IMG/VR virus record: IMGVR_UViG_3300005805_000246 | Span: 1-34,835 of that record | DNA length: 34,835 nucleotides | Direction: 5' to 3' (one strand) | Source: a virus | Taxonomy: Duplodnaviria > Caudoviricetes | In this document: positions 17,915 through 25,949 of the stretch, piece by piece | How positions within the stretch are numbered: the first letter of the stretch is position 1 | How the letters are laid out: the number at the start of each line of letters is the position of its first letter | Notes under the pieces: model-generated | What the model was told of the DNA's origin: nothing | The model's database searches: none | The model's input: the letters and a program-made list of their open reading frames with translations, nothing else | Made by a program: the position numbers and the translations under genes

Positions 17915-18342
17915 TCTTTCGCCTCCACGTCTTCTGGTGCTTGTACGTTGATTCCGATAACCGAGGGTTTGTCGCTACCGTCGTCTGGGTTGTCGAGCAG
18001 GCCACTGGCTTTGGCCAGCAAACGCAGCACTCCCACCTTGTCGTAGAGCTCGACTTCCAGGGTCTGTGCCCCGTCCTTGCCCTTGGTCACCCGGATGTTT
18101 TTGATGGCCTGTAATGCGTGGTCAGGGATGGCAGATGCCGCCCTCACCTTGACATTGCCCTCTTCGTCCCAGGTCAGGATATCGGTGATTTTGGTATTGG
18201 CCATGCACAGCAGTGAATAGGCCACTGCCTCCCGATTCTCGACGATGGTGGCCGACCTCTCCAGCCTTCTCTGGACCGACCGCACCCCACCCCAATTCTT
18301 TAGGGAGGGGACTTGGTTGGCCAGTCTTGGTGAGCGAGGCAC
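17911..18342 (-). CDS. terS: Terminase small subunit-like protein
   Basis: 143 aa. ITDILTWD...AIKNIRV...EVELYDKVGVLRLLAK resembles the TerS oligomerisation region. Upstream of terL. No clear N-terminal HTH. Confidence 0.65.
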   Translation of the reverse strand: MPRSPRLANQVPSLKNWGGVRSVQRRLERSATIVENREAVAYSLLCMANTKITDILTWDEEGNVKVRAASAIPDHALQAIKNIRVTKGKDGAQTLEVELYDKVGVLRLLAKASGLLDNPDDGSDKPSVIGINVQAPEDVEAKE

Positions 18343-18689
18343 TAGAACGGCACCCCTTCATCCGGGTCAAACCCCTGGGGCTGGTAGCCATTGGCCTTGG
18401 CCTGCGCATGGCTAGGGTCTGCAAAGCCAGTGGCTGCATTGTGGTACTGCGGTTTTGCAGGGAATGGCTGGTGGGCAGCTGAGTAGACCTCACCTGCGGG
18501 TTGGACAGCCTGGCCCACAGAGAGCGAAAAGAACTCACCCCCATTGGCTGCCTTCTTCACCCATGCCGATATCCAGTATTCCTGGCCATCGAGCCACTTG
18601 ATCTTGCCCGTCATGTCTGGACTGGTGTCCTTGGTCTTCTGCTTTGCCTTGCCCAACGTGCCCTTACCGGGCTGGTGTTCGTATGCCAT
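18342..18689 (-). CDS. Single-stranded DNA-binding protein (DUF736-like)
   Basis: 115 aa. PDMTGKI...YWISAWVK...FFSLSV, and an acidic SSB-type tail DPDEGVPF. Confidence 0.72.
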   Translation of the reverse strand: MAYEHQPGKGTLGKAKQKTKDTSPDMTGKIKWLDGQEYWISAWVKKAANGGEFFSLSVGQAVQPAGEVYSAAHQPFPAKPQYHNAATGFADPSHAQAKANGYQPQGFDPDEGVPF

Positions 18690-18859
18690 TACGGCCTCCT
18701 CTCTTGGTCTTTAATCGCTGTCAGGTACTGATCCGCCTGCATCAACTCCACCTTCTGATGCGCCAATGCAAGCGATATCCTCTCCACGGTAACCCCTTGC
18801 CGAATCTTCTGCAACACCCACCTTCGCAGGTCTTCTTCCAGGTCATCAGTCATGCCCAT
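18689..18859 (-). CDS. Hypothetical protein (56 aa)
   Basis: ATG 18859 after GGAGGAG. TAATG coupling to the SSB gene. Confidence 0.65.
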   Translation of the reverse strand: MGMTDDLEEDLRRWVLQKIRQGVTVERISLALAHQKVELMQADQYLTAIKDQERRP

Positions 18860-19322
18860 CACACTCCTCCTTTGAATTAACTTCCCAACGAAACTTTGAT
18901 TGGCCATAGATATCTTGCCACTCTCTTGGCCGGCCAGGACAGTCCCAGCTCCTGGGTTTTACCTCTCCCACTACTTTCCAACCAGCGCCACGCAAGCTTG
19001 AGCCAGGCTCTGTCTGTAGGGTGTAAGTGACCATTCGCTTGCCACCCATCTGCTGCCAAATCCTCCAGCACCTGCCGTACAGAAACGAACAGGTGTTCTT
19101 GGGAGCATCATCCAGAACACAAACCCTTGCCACCTCCACTGTCAAACCATCGTCAAGCATCCTAGCAACCGGCCGCCCAACGATGGCCACCCCCACCAAG
19201 ACTCCACCATGCCGAGCAGCGATAGCAAACTTGCCACCCCTGGTTGGCTTGTTGTGGCGATGAAACCGACCCACAAACTCATTGGCTTGCCTCAACGACA
19301 CAGGGACCACCTCAAAACTCAC
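18846..19322 (-). CDS. XF1762-family, Mom-like GNAT protein; putative DNA modification enzyme
   Basis: ANEFVGRFHRH, LVGVAIVGRPVAR, EVARVC, NTCSFLYG, VTYTLQTEPGSSLRGAGW. GTG start after GGAGG. Confidence 0.72.
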   Translation of the reverse strand: MSFEVVPVSLRQANEFVGRFHRHNKPTRGGKFAIAARHGGVLVGVAIVGRPVARMLDDGLTVEVARVCVLDDAPKNTCSFLYGRCWRIWQQMGGKRMVTYTLQTEPGSSLRGAGWKVVGEVKPRSWDCPGRPREWQDIYGQSKFRWEVNSKEECDGHD

Positions 19323-19642
19323 CAGAAACCTCCAGAACGCCTCCAAACGCATCAGGGTAGGCTAGGGTACTAGCCACCCCACCAGAAAGCCTCACAAAGC
19401 CTCTCAGAGGGCTTGCAAGGGGTACTGCACCCTGGAGCGAAACCTCTCCAAGGAAAAGGTGAGGAAAATTTTGGAGGTTGCCCCACGCTCTATGGCCAAC
19501 CCCGGGGGGAGGGGTGGTCGCCTCTGGCTGGCTGGCACCTCTCGATGCCTGGCCGCCCCCCGCCTGTTCTCACCGCAGGTGATGGGGGTACCCGTCTCGA
19601 CCCCTGTTGCAACAGAGCAAACGAACCTATGCCCCTGTTGCA
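19321..19642. other. Non-coding region with helically phased repeats, G/C runs and an 11-bp direct repeat; candidate packaging or DNA-wrapping site
   Basis: ACCAGAAAsC at 19321 and 19381. AAAATTTT near 19465. CCCCGGGGGGAGGGG near 19500. CCCCTGTTGCA at 19601 and 19632. Confidence 0.4.
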
Positions 19643-20638
19643 TCACAGACCCCTGGCATCCAGCACCAGGCGACAGGCCTCGGCCAGGGTGTCGACCTGC
19701 GCCATGGCCGCCACCATCTCCGACTCGGTCACCCCGACCTCGACGGCCAGGTTCGCCCACTTCATGTCAGAGTCTTTTATTAAACCTTTTTTATTTAATT
19801 CATAAACCTTATACAACCTCTCTATACCTATGTTTTTTATGTTCGCACAACTCTGGGGTTGTGCAATGGCAGTGTCAAAAGGTTGTGTATGTAAGCCCTC
19901 TGATTCACAACCTTGGGGTTGTGTATGAACCTCCTTATTCAACCTCTGTTGCACAACCTTTGGTTGTGCGTTCTGAGTCTCTTTTGTTGTTCTCACAACC
20001 GCAGGTTGTGATGTCTTTGGTGTTCGTTTTCTGGTTGGTTTCGTGTCTGCCATGAGTGCTCCCAATGTCTGTGGTTGGTGGGTACGGAAATTAGATGGCC
20101 GGCCCAGAGTGCCCAGCAAGGCCTCCAGGCGCTTCATGTTGGCCTTGATCTGTTCTGGTGATAGGTCTGGTAGGTCGTTGTCTGCCATGATGTTTCTGAG
20201 TTCCTCCTCTCGTTTGATCTGTTCTGGTGGCCGGGTGTCTTCCTGCGAGCTGGTGATGGCAATGGCATCCTCAGCGCTCACCTTCTCATCGAAGATGATG
20301 CGCCTGGTGCAGGCCTTCTGCCCTCTGAATCCTTCTGACAGCACCTCGATGTAACCCATGTTTGTTAAGCGCCTGATGTGCTTACTGATGGCCTGCTGGC
20401 TGACCTCGAGGTCCTGGCCCATCCGCTTCTGCCCAACCCATGTCAGTCCAGCTCGGTTGGCGTAGCTGGCCATGATGCCCAGCACCCGGATGTCGCCAGA
20501 AGTCAACCGCTTGTCTCTGAGGGCTCGCAATGGCACCACAGCATACGTGCGCTGATCTGGTGGCGCTTCCTTCTCAATGACCTTGGGCTTCCTCTTGGGC
20601 AGCTTGAAATCGACCACGTTGGCCGGCACTGCACTCAT
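19643..20638 (-). CDS. Replication initiator protein (N-terminal winged HTH, lambda O-like organisation)
   Basis: 331 aa. DKRLTSGDIRVLG...WVGQKRMGQDLEVSQQAISKHIRRLTNMGYI HTH. Contains internal iterons. Confidence 0.78.
   Translation of the reverse strand: MSAVPANVVDFKLPKRKPKVIEKEAPPDQRTYAVVPLRALRDKRLTSGDIRVLGIMASYANRAGLTWVGQKRMGQDLEVSQQAISKHIRRLTNMGYIEVLSEGFRGQKACTRRIIFDEKVSAEDAIAITSSQEDTRPPEQIKREEELRNIMADNDLPDLSPEQIKANMKRLEALLGTLGRPSNFRTHQPQTLGALMADTKPTRKRTPKTSQPAVVRTTKETQNAQPKVVQQRLNKEVHTQPQGCESEGLHTQPFDTAIAQPQSCANIKNIGIERLYKVYELNKKGLIKDSDMKWANLAVEVGVTESEMVAAMAQVDTLAEACRLVLDARGL
19775..20010. repeat. Putative replication origin: four palindromic iterons plus an AT-rich tract
   Basis: CACAAC-N5/6-GTTGTG at 19846-19863, 19906-19923, 19952-19968 and 19994-20010. 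Half-site at 19881. AT-rich tract at 19775-19842. Confidence 0.8.
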
Positions 20639-20931
20639 AGGTTGAACGGGTTATGTGCCTGCGGCCCCTTCGGTTTGATAAAGCCCTGGCTGCTGGCCAC
20701 CAGCTCATCCAGATGCCGGCCAATGCTCTTGCCGCCCAGGTCTGCAGCCTGATAGATGGCCTTGCTGTTTGCGTGCTCTGCCACCTTCTCGAGCAGGCCC
20801 AGGCGCTGCAATGACCTCAATGGCTTGTAAACACTGTTCAACTCAATGCCCAGGAAACCGGCCACCTGCTCAGAAGTCCGAGCCTGGCGGCAATAGTCCA
20901 ATGTCTTCTGCTCTGTCGCTGTCAATCCCAT
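20635..20931 (-). CDS. Winged-helix DNA-binding protein
   Basis: 98 aa. TSEQVAGFLGIELNSVYKPLRSLQRLGLL. Confidence 0.7.
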   Translation of the reverse strand: MGLTATEQKTLDYCRQARTSEQVAGFLGIELNSVYKPLRSLQRLGLLEKVAEHANSKAIYQAADLGGKSIGRHLDELVASSQGFIKPKGPQAHNPFNL

Positions 20932-20940
20932 GATGCTCTC

Positions 20941-21138
20941 CTATTGGTTTTTGTTTGCTGCTCTCTCTTTTGCCCGCTCAACACAGGCTGCACACTTCCA
21001 CCTGCGATTCATGCCATTGGGGCTCACCTTCCACTTACCACCCTCTGTCAGTCTCTGGCCCTGGCAATGACTACACCACCGCCGGCCGGTGAGGATTGCA
21101 GCCGCCTGGCCTGCCTTCACACTCATTCGATTGCTCAC
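20941..21138 (-). CDS. Small zinc-ribbon protein (65 aa)
   Basis: WCSHC...WKCAAC. GTGA overlap with the resolvase stop. Confidence 0.68.
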   Translation of the reverse strand: MSNRMSVKAGQAAAILTGRRWCSHCQGQRLTEGGKWKVSPNGMNRRWKCAACVERAKERAANKNQ

Positions 21139-21452
21139 AACTTTTCCCTCATTGCTTTGATCAGCAGCTCGATGGGCACCACCGCTCGCCAGGGCTGGCC
21201 GTTGCGTCGATAGACCACCACCGGCCACTCACCAGGCCCAGCTGCAGCCTCGATCTGCTGGCACCAGTCGTCCAGGCGCAGTGCTTCCCGCCGCTTAACC
21301 TCAAGCCTGTAGTGCTCCACCTGGATATCGTCGCCACCGTCCCTGGCCTGGCCCAGCTTCCTTTTGACGACAAAGCCGAGCTCATCCGACAGCATGGCTG
21401 CCAGTTCGTTTTCGCCTCGAGCGCCCTTGTTTCTGCTCGCTCTACCGCCCAT
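21135..21452 (-). CDS. Holliday junction resolvase-like PD-(D/E)xK nuclease
   Basis: SRNKGARGENEL...GGDDI...LEVKRRE...VVYRRNGQPW, Hjc-like. ATG at 21452. Confidence 0.8.
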   Translation of the reverse strand: MGGRASRNKGARGENELAAMLSDELGFVVKRKLGQARDGGDDIQVEHYRLEVKRREALRLDDWCQQIEAAAGPGEWPVVVYRRNGQPWRAVVPIELLIKAMREKL

Positions 21453-21624
21453 CAACCCGCTCCGCAATGGCATCAGCCTGAACCATGCCCTGAAGCATCT
21501 GGTTCCAACTGACCACCCGATGATTCTCATCACGTAGGCGCAGGATTGCTTCCCTGGCCTCCTGAAGGATCAACGGGCACGCCACTACGGCAGCAGGGTT
21601 GAGGCGATCACAGATATCTGTCAT
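21442..21624 (-). CDS. Hypothetical protein
   Basis: 60 aa, MTDICDRL...EAREAILRLR, ATGA coupling. Confidence 0.65.
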   Translation of the reverse strand: MTDICDRLNPAAVVACPLILQEAREAILRLRDENHRVVSWNQMLQGMVQADAIAERVDGR

Positions 21625-21818
21625 GGCCTGGCTCCCAATAAAACATCCAACCGCTCGGATACATCTGCTGCATACCGATCCGACAACAGCACCCGAATGG
21701 CCTCATCAATCAGGGCCGCCCTGCTCTTACGCTGCTCGAGCGTGGCACGGTCCAGCATCGCCCTGGTGTCCGGGTGAAGACGTACAAGAAACGGTTGCAG
21801 CTTTGGTTTGGTTTGCAT
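21621..21818 (-). CDS. Ribbon-helix-helix (CopG/Arc-like) regulator
   Basis: 65 aa. PFLVRLHPDTRAMLD...SRAALIDEAI. AGGAGGAG RBS. First gene of the leftward arm. Confidence 0.78.
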   Translation of the reverse strand: MQTKPKLQPFLVRLHPDTRAMLDRATLEQRKSRAALIDEAIRVLLSDRYAADVSERLDVLLGARP

Positions 21819-21839
21819 ATCACTCCTCCTGATATCGGG

Positions 21840-21868
21840 AAGATATCCGAAGTTATCCACAGGCGCAA
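21840..21868 (-). promoter_or_regulatory. Leftward sigma70-type promoter
   Basis: TTGCGC-17 nt-TATCTT upstream of the RHH gene. Confidence 0.55.
21853..21861 (+). promoter_or_regulatory. Perfect DnaA box
   Basis: TTATCCACA, lying within the spacer of the leftward promoter. Confidence 0.55.
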
Positions 21869-21912
21869 CCACCTAAAGCCCCGCAAAGTAGTAGGGGAAT
21901 TGCATTTGCCTG

Positions 21913-21941
21913 TTGACAGAGATATCGCACAGCGTGACCAT
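21913..21941 (+). promoter_or_regulatory. Rightward sigma70-type promoter
   Basis: TTGACA-17 nt-GACCAT upstream of the TAAGGAG RBS of the recombinase. Confidence 0.6.
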
Positions 21942-21973
21942 GGGCTCACTGAACTACCACTAAGGAGATTCAA

Positions 21974-22606
21974 ATGTTCATTGCCTACTACCGAGTATCC
22001 ACAGACAAGCAGGGCCGCTCTGGCCTTGGCCTCGAGGCCCAGCAAGAGGCCGTGGCCCCTTACCGTGGCCAGATCACCCACTCATTCACAGAGATTGAGT
22101 CGGGCTCAGACAACCACCGCCCGCAGCTGGCCGCTGCCATCGCTATGTGCAAGTCCACTGGTGCCACCCTGCTCATTGCCAAGATTGACCGGCTCTCCAG
22201 GGATGCGGGCTTTCTGCTGACCCTGCGCAGCTCTGGCCTGGCCATCATGGCTGCCGATATGCCGCACGTCGGCACCCTTGAGTTTGGCATCCGGGCCGTG
22301 TTCGCACAGCATGAGCGCGAGGAGATCAGCAGGCGCACCAAGGCAGCCCTGGCCGCAGCCAAGGCCCGTGGCCAGAAGCTGGGCTCACCTAACCCCCGAG
22401 CAGGCGGCCTGGCCGTGTCTGCTCACCTGCGTGCACAGAAGGCAGCCACCATCGCCAAGGTGATGCCCATCGTGCGTGACCTTCAGCAACTGGGCATGAC
22501 CACCACCCGCCAGATCGCCCAGGGCCTCACCGAGCGGGGTATCCCAACAGCCACAGGCGCTACCACCTGGCATTCTGCCCAGGTCTCCCGCCTGCTGGCA
22601 GCCTAA
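21974..22606 (+). CDS. Small serine recombinase (resolvase/invertase family)
   Basis: 210 aa. YYRVST catalytic Ser, KIDRLSRD, EREEISRRT, short C-terminal HTH. Confidence 0.92.
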   Translation: MFIAYYRVSTDKQGRSGLGLEAQQEAVAPYRGQITHSFTEIESGSDNHRPQLAAAIAMCKSTGATLLIAKIDRLSRDAGFLLTLRSSGLAIMAADMPHVGTLEFGIRAVFAQHEREEISRRTKAALAAAKARGQKLGSPNPRAGGLAVSAHLRAQKAATIAKVMPIVRDLQQLGMTTTRQIAQGLTERGIPTATGATTWHSAQVSRLLAA

Positions 22607-22621
22607 ACAAGGAGAGAAGAG

Positions 22622-22762
22622 ATGGACGATTACCGCATAGTCGTAGACCGCCGCCGCCGGTTGTTTGCCAAACCCAGCAAGCTGCAGATGGCCATGGAGG
22701 GCCTGGCCTTCTTTGGTCTGCTGGCCCTGATCTTTGTCGTGCTGTCGATGCTGGCCGTTTAG
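22622..22762 (+). CDS. Small C-terminally membrane-anchored protein (46 aa)
   Basis: MDDYRIVVDRRRRLFAKPSKLQMAMEGLAFFGLLALIFVVLSMLAV. AAGGAG RBS. Not in the ORF track. Confidence 0.7.
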   Translation: MDDYRIVVDRRRRLFAKPSKLQMAMEGLAFFGLLALIFVVLSMLAV

Positions 22763-22773
22763 GAGATCACCCC

Positions 22774-22983
22774 ATGAGCCAGTGCACAGATATCCTAGAG
22801 GCCCTGAGACGTGGGCCAATCACCCCCCTTGAGGCCCTCAAAGACCATGGCTGCCTGCGGTTGGCCGCCAGAATTGAGGAATTAAGGTCATCTGGTCACA
22901 TTATCGTGACCGAGATGGTCACCCACAACGGTAAAAAATTCGGACAGTACGTCCTCATTAAGGAGAAGCAAAATGGTAGGTAA
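22774..22983 (+). CDS. Winged HTH protein (HTH_39-like)
   Basis: 69 aa. ITPLEALKDHGCLRLAARIEELRSSG. Confidence 0.8.
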   Translation: MSQCTDILEALRRGPITPLEALKDHGCLRLAARIEELRSSGHIIVTEMVTHNGKKFGQYVLIKEKQNGR

Positions 22984-23932
22984 AGTAACCCCCGACACCA
23001 TGGCCTCGGCAAGCCTCTTGCCGGCCATCATGGGTATGTCACCCTGGGCCAGCCCCAACGATGCCCTCACAGGCTGCATAGAGGCCCACCGTGGGCATGA
23101 GCGGCCAGGTCTATCAGACCCTGAGCCAGCAGAGTGGGGCAACCTGCTTGAGACCACTATCCTAGAGCAGGCCTGCCTGCGCTTAGGGCTAACCAACCTG
23201 GACCTGGACCATACCGAGCCCCGCTTCCACCCCATGCTGAAGCTGGCCTGCAGCCTGGACGGCACCGCAGATGGCAACGGCCTGCTGGTGAAGCACAACC
23301 CGGATGCCGGCATCTATGTCATGGATGGGGATGAGATAGCACTCAATGGCATTGGCGTCATGGAGGCCAAGAGCACGGCCATCGAGCCGGCCGACAGCCC
23401 ACCGCTCTACCAGGGCCCGATCCAGCTGCAGGCCCAGATGGACATCATCGGTGCTGAGTGGGGTGCGGTCTGTACCCTGTTCAAGGGCAGCCGCCTGCGT
23501 GTCTACCTGTTCAAGCGGCACAGCCAGACCTGCCAAGAGATTGCCAAGGCCGTGATCGACTTCCAGCGCCGGGTGGATCAGTGGCTGGTGGATGGCAGCA
23601 TTGACTACTACCCGCCCGTAAGCTCGAAGGATGCTGACCGCACCTGGGACCAGGCCGAGGAGGCTGAGGTGGACCTGGGCCATGCGGCTGAGCTGCTGGT
23701 CGATGAGATCGTGGTGGCCAAGGCAGAGATCAAGCGCCTCGAGGAAAAGGTCGAGCAGGCAGAAACCAACCTAAAAAATCTGATGAGAACGGCCACCAAG
23801 GCCAAGGCCGGAATGTGGGAAGTGTCCTGGCCCATGCGTCAGTACCGTGCCCAGCCTGAGCGGGTGGTGCCGGCCACCGAGGCCCGTGTCGTTCGTCAGT
23901 CCACCCTCAAAATCAAGGAGGCCAAACAATGA
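22973..23932 (+). CDS. YqaJ/lambda-exonuclease-family recombination nuclease
   Basis: 319 aa. SASLLPAIMGMSPW, WGNLLE, CSLDG, EAKST, QLQAQM. Confidence 0.88.
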   Translation: MVGKVTPDTMASASLLPAIMGMSPWASPNDALTGCIEAHRGHERPGLSDPEPAEWGNLLETTILEQACLRLGLTNLDLDHTEPRFHPMLKLACSLDGTADGNGLLVKHNPDAGIYVMDGDEIALNGIGVMEAKSTAIEPADSPPLYQGPIQLQAQMDIIGAEWGAVCTLFKGSRLRVYLFKRHSQTCQEIAKAVIDFQRRVDQWLVDGSIDYYPPVSSKDADRTWDQAEEAEVDLGHAAELLVDEIVVAKAEIKRLEEKVEQAETNLKNLMRTATKAKAGMWEVSWPMRQYRAQPERVVPATEARVVRQSTLKIKEAKQ

Positions 23933-24147
23933 AATGGGGAGCTCCAGCACCGACGTATCTACAGCGTGTCTACACCAAGGGGCACCTGATGTTCGTGCCG
24001 CACTACGGGGATGCCCGCTTCTACGTGGGACCAGGGTTCGGGCAGCACAACCGCACTCGGTACACAGCAGATGAGCTGCTCAAGGCCGGCTGCAAACCAG
24101 AAGACCACTACTTACTTGCCCGCATAGGCATGACCGAAGTCAACTAG
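23929..24147 (+). CDS. Hypothetical protein
   Basis: 72 aa, GGAGG RBS, ATGA coupling. Confidence 0.65.
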   Translation: MKWGAPAPTYLQRVYTKGHLMFVPHYGDARFYVGPGFGQHNRTRYTADELLKAGCKPEDHYLLARIGMTEVN

Positions 24148-24156
24148 GAGAGAGAT

Positions 24157-25203
24157 ATGAGCAACATTACAACGCAGCAGGGCTTCGCACCTGCAACCCT
24201 GACCGAGGCCATTGCGTTCTCGGAGATGCTGTCCAAGAGCCAGATGGTGCCCAAGGCCTACCAGGGCAAACCAGAAGACGTGCTGGTGGCCATCCAGTGG
24301 GGCCGTGAGCTGGGCCTGGCACCACTGCAAGCGCTTCAGAACATTGCCTGCATCAATGGCAAGCCTTCGGTCTACGGTGACGCAGCCATGGCGTTGGTGC
24401 AGGCCAGCCCGGTCTGCGAGGATATCGAGGAGACCATCGAAGGCGAGGGCACGCCCAACCCGGTGGCCGTCTGCATTGCCAAGCGCAAGGGCCGCAAGCC
24501 GGTGGTGGCCAGGTTCAGCCTAGAGGATGCCAAACGGGCTGGCCTCTGGGGCAAGCCAGGCCCCTGGCAGGCGTACCCCAAGCGCATGATGCAGATGCGA
24601 GCCCGTGGCTTTGCCCTGCGGGATGCCTTCCCCGACGTGCTTAAGGGCCTGATTACCGTCGAGGAGGCCCAGGACTACCCGGACCAGGACCGACCGGCCA
24701 ACGTCGTGAACCTGCCCCGCTCCCGCAACCCTTTGGAGGCACTACCAGTGAGTGAAATTGCACAGCCTATTGAGCAAACGGAAGACCCGCAGCGGGAGTA
24801 TGTCGAGGTCGAGCAGGTGAACCAGATGCTTCAGGAAGAGGCAGAGAGCCGCACAGATGAGGTGCTCACGCCAGCGGCCGAGGCAAGCATTGTCGAGCAG
24901 CTGACCAAGCAGTTCACTGAGGCCGGCATTGAGGTGGTCGAGGTGGTGGACAGAACCTGGGCGCTGGGCATCCCCGGCAAGCCAGACCTACCTTGTGAGG
25001 GCTATGAAGACTGGGCCAAGCAGTATGAGGAGATGGCCGAGAAAGTAGCCAAGAGCAAACTGGCACCAGAGGCCAAGCTTTCCAAGCTGGAAGAGCTCAA
25101 AAAATCTAATCAACGCATCTTCTCCATGCTCAAAGTGGAGCAATCTCTTCAACATACTAAAGCAATGGTAACCAGACGCAATCAAATTGAGGCGAAAGTT
25201 TGA
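24157..25203 (+). CDS. recT: RecT/Red-beta-like single-strand annealing protein
   Basis: 348 aa. GRELGLAPLQALQNI..INGKP, WQAYPKRMMQMRA..FALRDAFPDVLKGL..EE. Paired with the exonuclease. Confidence 0.85.
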   Translation: MSNITTQQGFAPATLTEAIAFSEMLSKSQMVPKAYQGKPEDVLVAIQWGRELGLAPLQALQNIACINGKPSVYGDAAMALVQASPVCEDIEETIEGEGTPNPVAVCIAKRKGRKPVVARFSLEDAKRAGLWGKPGPWQAYPKRMMQMRARGFALRDAFPDVLKGLITVEEAQDYPDQDRPANVVNLPRSRNPLEALPVSEIAQPIEQTEDPQREYVEVEQVNQMLQEEAESRTDEVLTPAAEASIVEQLTKQFTEAGIEVVEVVDRTWALGIPGKPDLPCEGYEDWAKQYEEMAEKVAKSKLAPEAKLSKLEELKKSNQRIFSMLKVEQSLQHTKAMVTRRNQIEAKV

Positions 25204-25949
25204 TGTATGTTTATGGGGTTGCTGGAGAAAAGACATCACCGCTCTGGTGCGAGGCATTTGCCCAGGGCAGTGGTGGCAGGGTTACTTACGGTGGCGTGCT
25301 CAAGCCTGGTGACGTTGCGGTCTTTGGCAGCCCCAGGCTTTCTGATCTTGTTGGGCAGGCCCAGGCAGAGGGCCGCACCTGGTACTACGGAGACAAGGCT
25401 TACTTTGGCCGAGGGATGTATTACAGGTGCACCCGGAATGGGTATATGCAGACCCAGATTGGGCACGCCACCCCAGCCAGATGGGAAAGGCTAGGCTGGA
25501 AGATTAAACCCTGGCGCACAGGCAGCACCGTCTTGGTCTGCCCACAGAGTGAGGCCCACTTCAAGCACCATGGCCAGGACCGGGGCAAATGGCTGCAGTC
25601 TGTCCTGGCGCAGCTCAAGCAGCACACAGACCGAAAGGTGGTGGTCAGAGATAAGGTTGGCATCAATACCGAGGCAGCCTTTGCGCAGCAGCTGGCAAAT
25701 GTCCATGCAGTGGTGGTCTTTACCTCGGTGGCCGGCGTGCAGGCGGCCATGCATGGGGTGCCCTGCTTTGCCACGCATGAATGCGCTGCGTCATTGGTGG
25801 GCGATAATGACCTGGCTAACATTGAGCAACCAAAGCGGCCAGACAACCGAGAGCAGCTGGCCTGGTGGTTGGCAGATAATCAATGGACACTGCGAGAGAT
25901 GAAGAGGGGTCAGGCATGGGAAAGATTAGGTAATGGGCTGGGGGGATGA
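25200..25949 (+). CDS. GT-B fold glycosyltransferase-like protein (capsule-biosynthesis KpsC/KpsS-like C-terminal motif)
   Basis: 249 aa. YGDKAYF, VLVCPQS, VVVRDK, VVVFTSVAGVQAAMHGVPCF, LADNQWT. Confidence 0.65.
   Translation: MMYVYGVAGEKTSPLWCEAFAQGSGGRVTYGGVLKPGDVAVFGSPRLSDLVGQAQAEGRTWYYGDKAYFGRGMYYRCTRNGYMQTQIGHATPARWERLGWKIKPWRTGSTVLVCPQSEAHFKHHGQDRGKWLQSVLAQLKQHTDRKVVVRDKVGINTEAAFAQQLANVHAVVVFTSVAGVQAAMHGVPCFATHECAASLVGDNDLANIEQPKRPDNREQLAWWLADNQWTLREMKRGQAWERLGNGLGG

Noticed and set aside
19404-19760. 118-aa ORF and other ORFs over the 19323-19642 gap
   Set aside because: Low-complexity Gly/Arg/Pro translations overlapping the initiator. The region looks non-coding.
19846-20010. Spaced palindromic repeats resembling a mini-CRISPR array
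   Set aside because: Repeats are only 17-18 bp with variable centres and irregular spacing. They lie inside the initiator ORF, and there are no cas genes. Iterons fit better.
21974-22606. Serine recombinase as a tail fibre invertase (Gin/Cin-like)
   Set aside because: It is 7 kb from the fibre gene, with no inverted alternative tip cassette or flanking inverted repeats seen.
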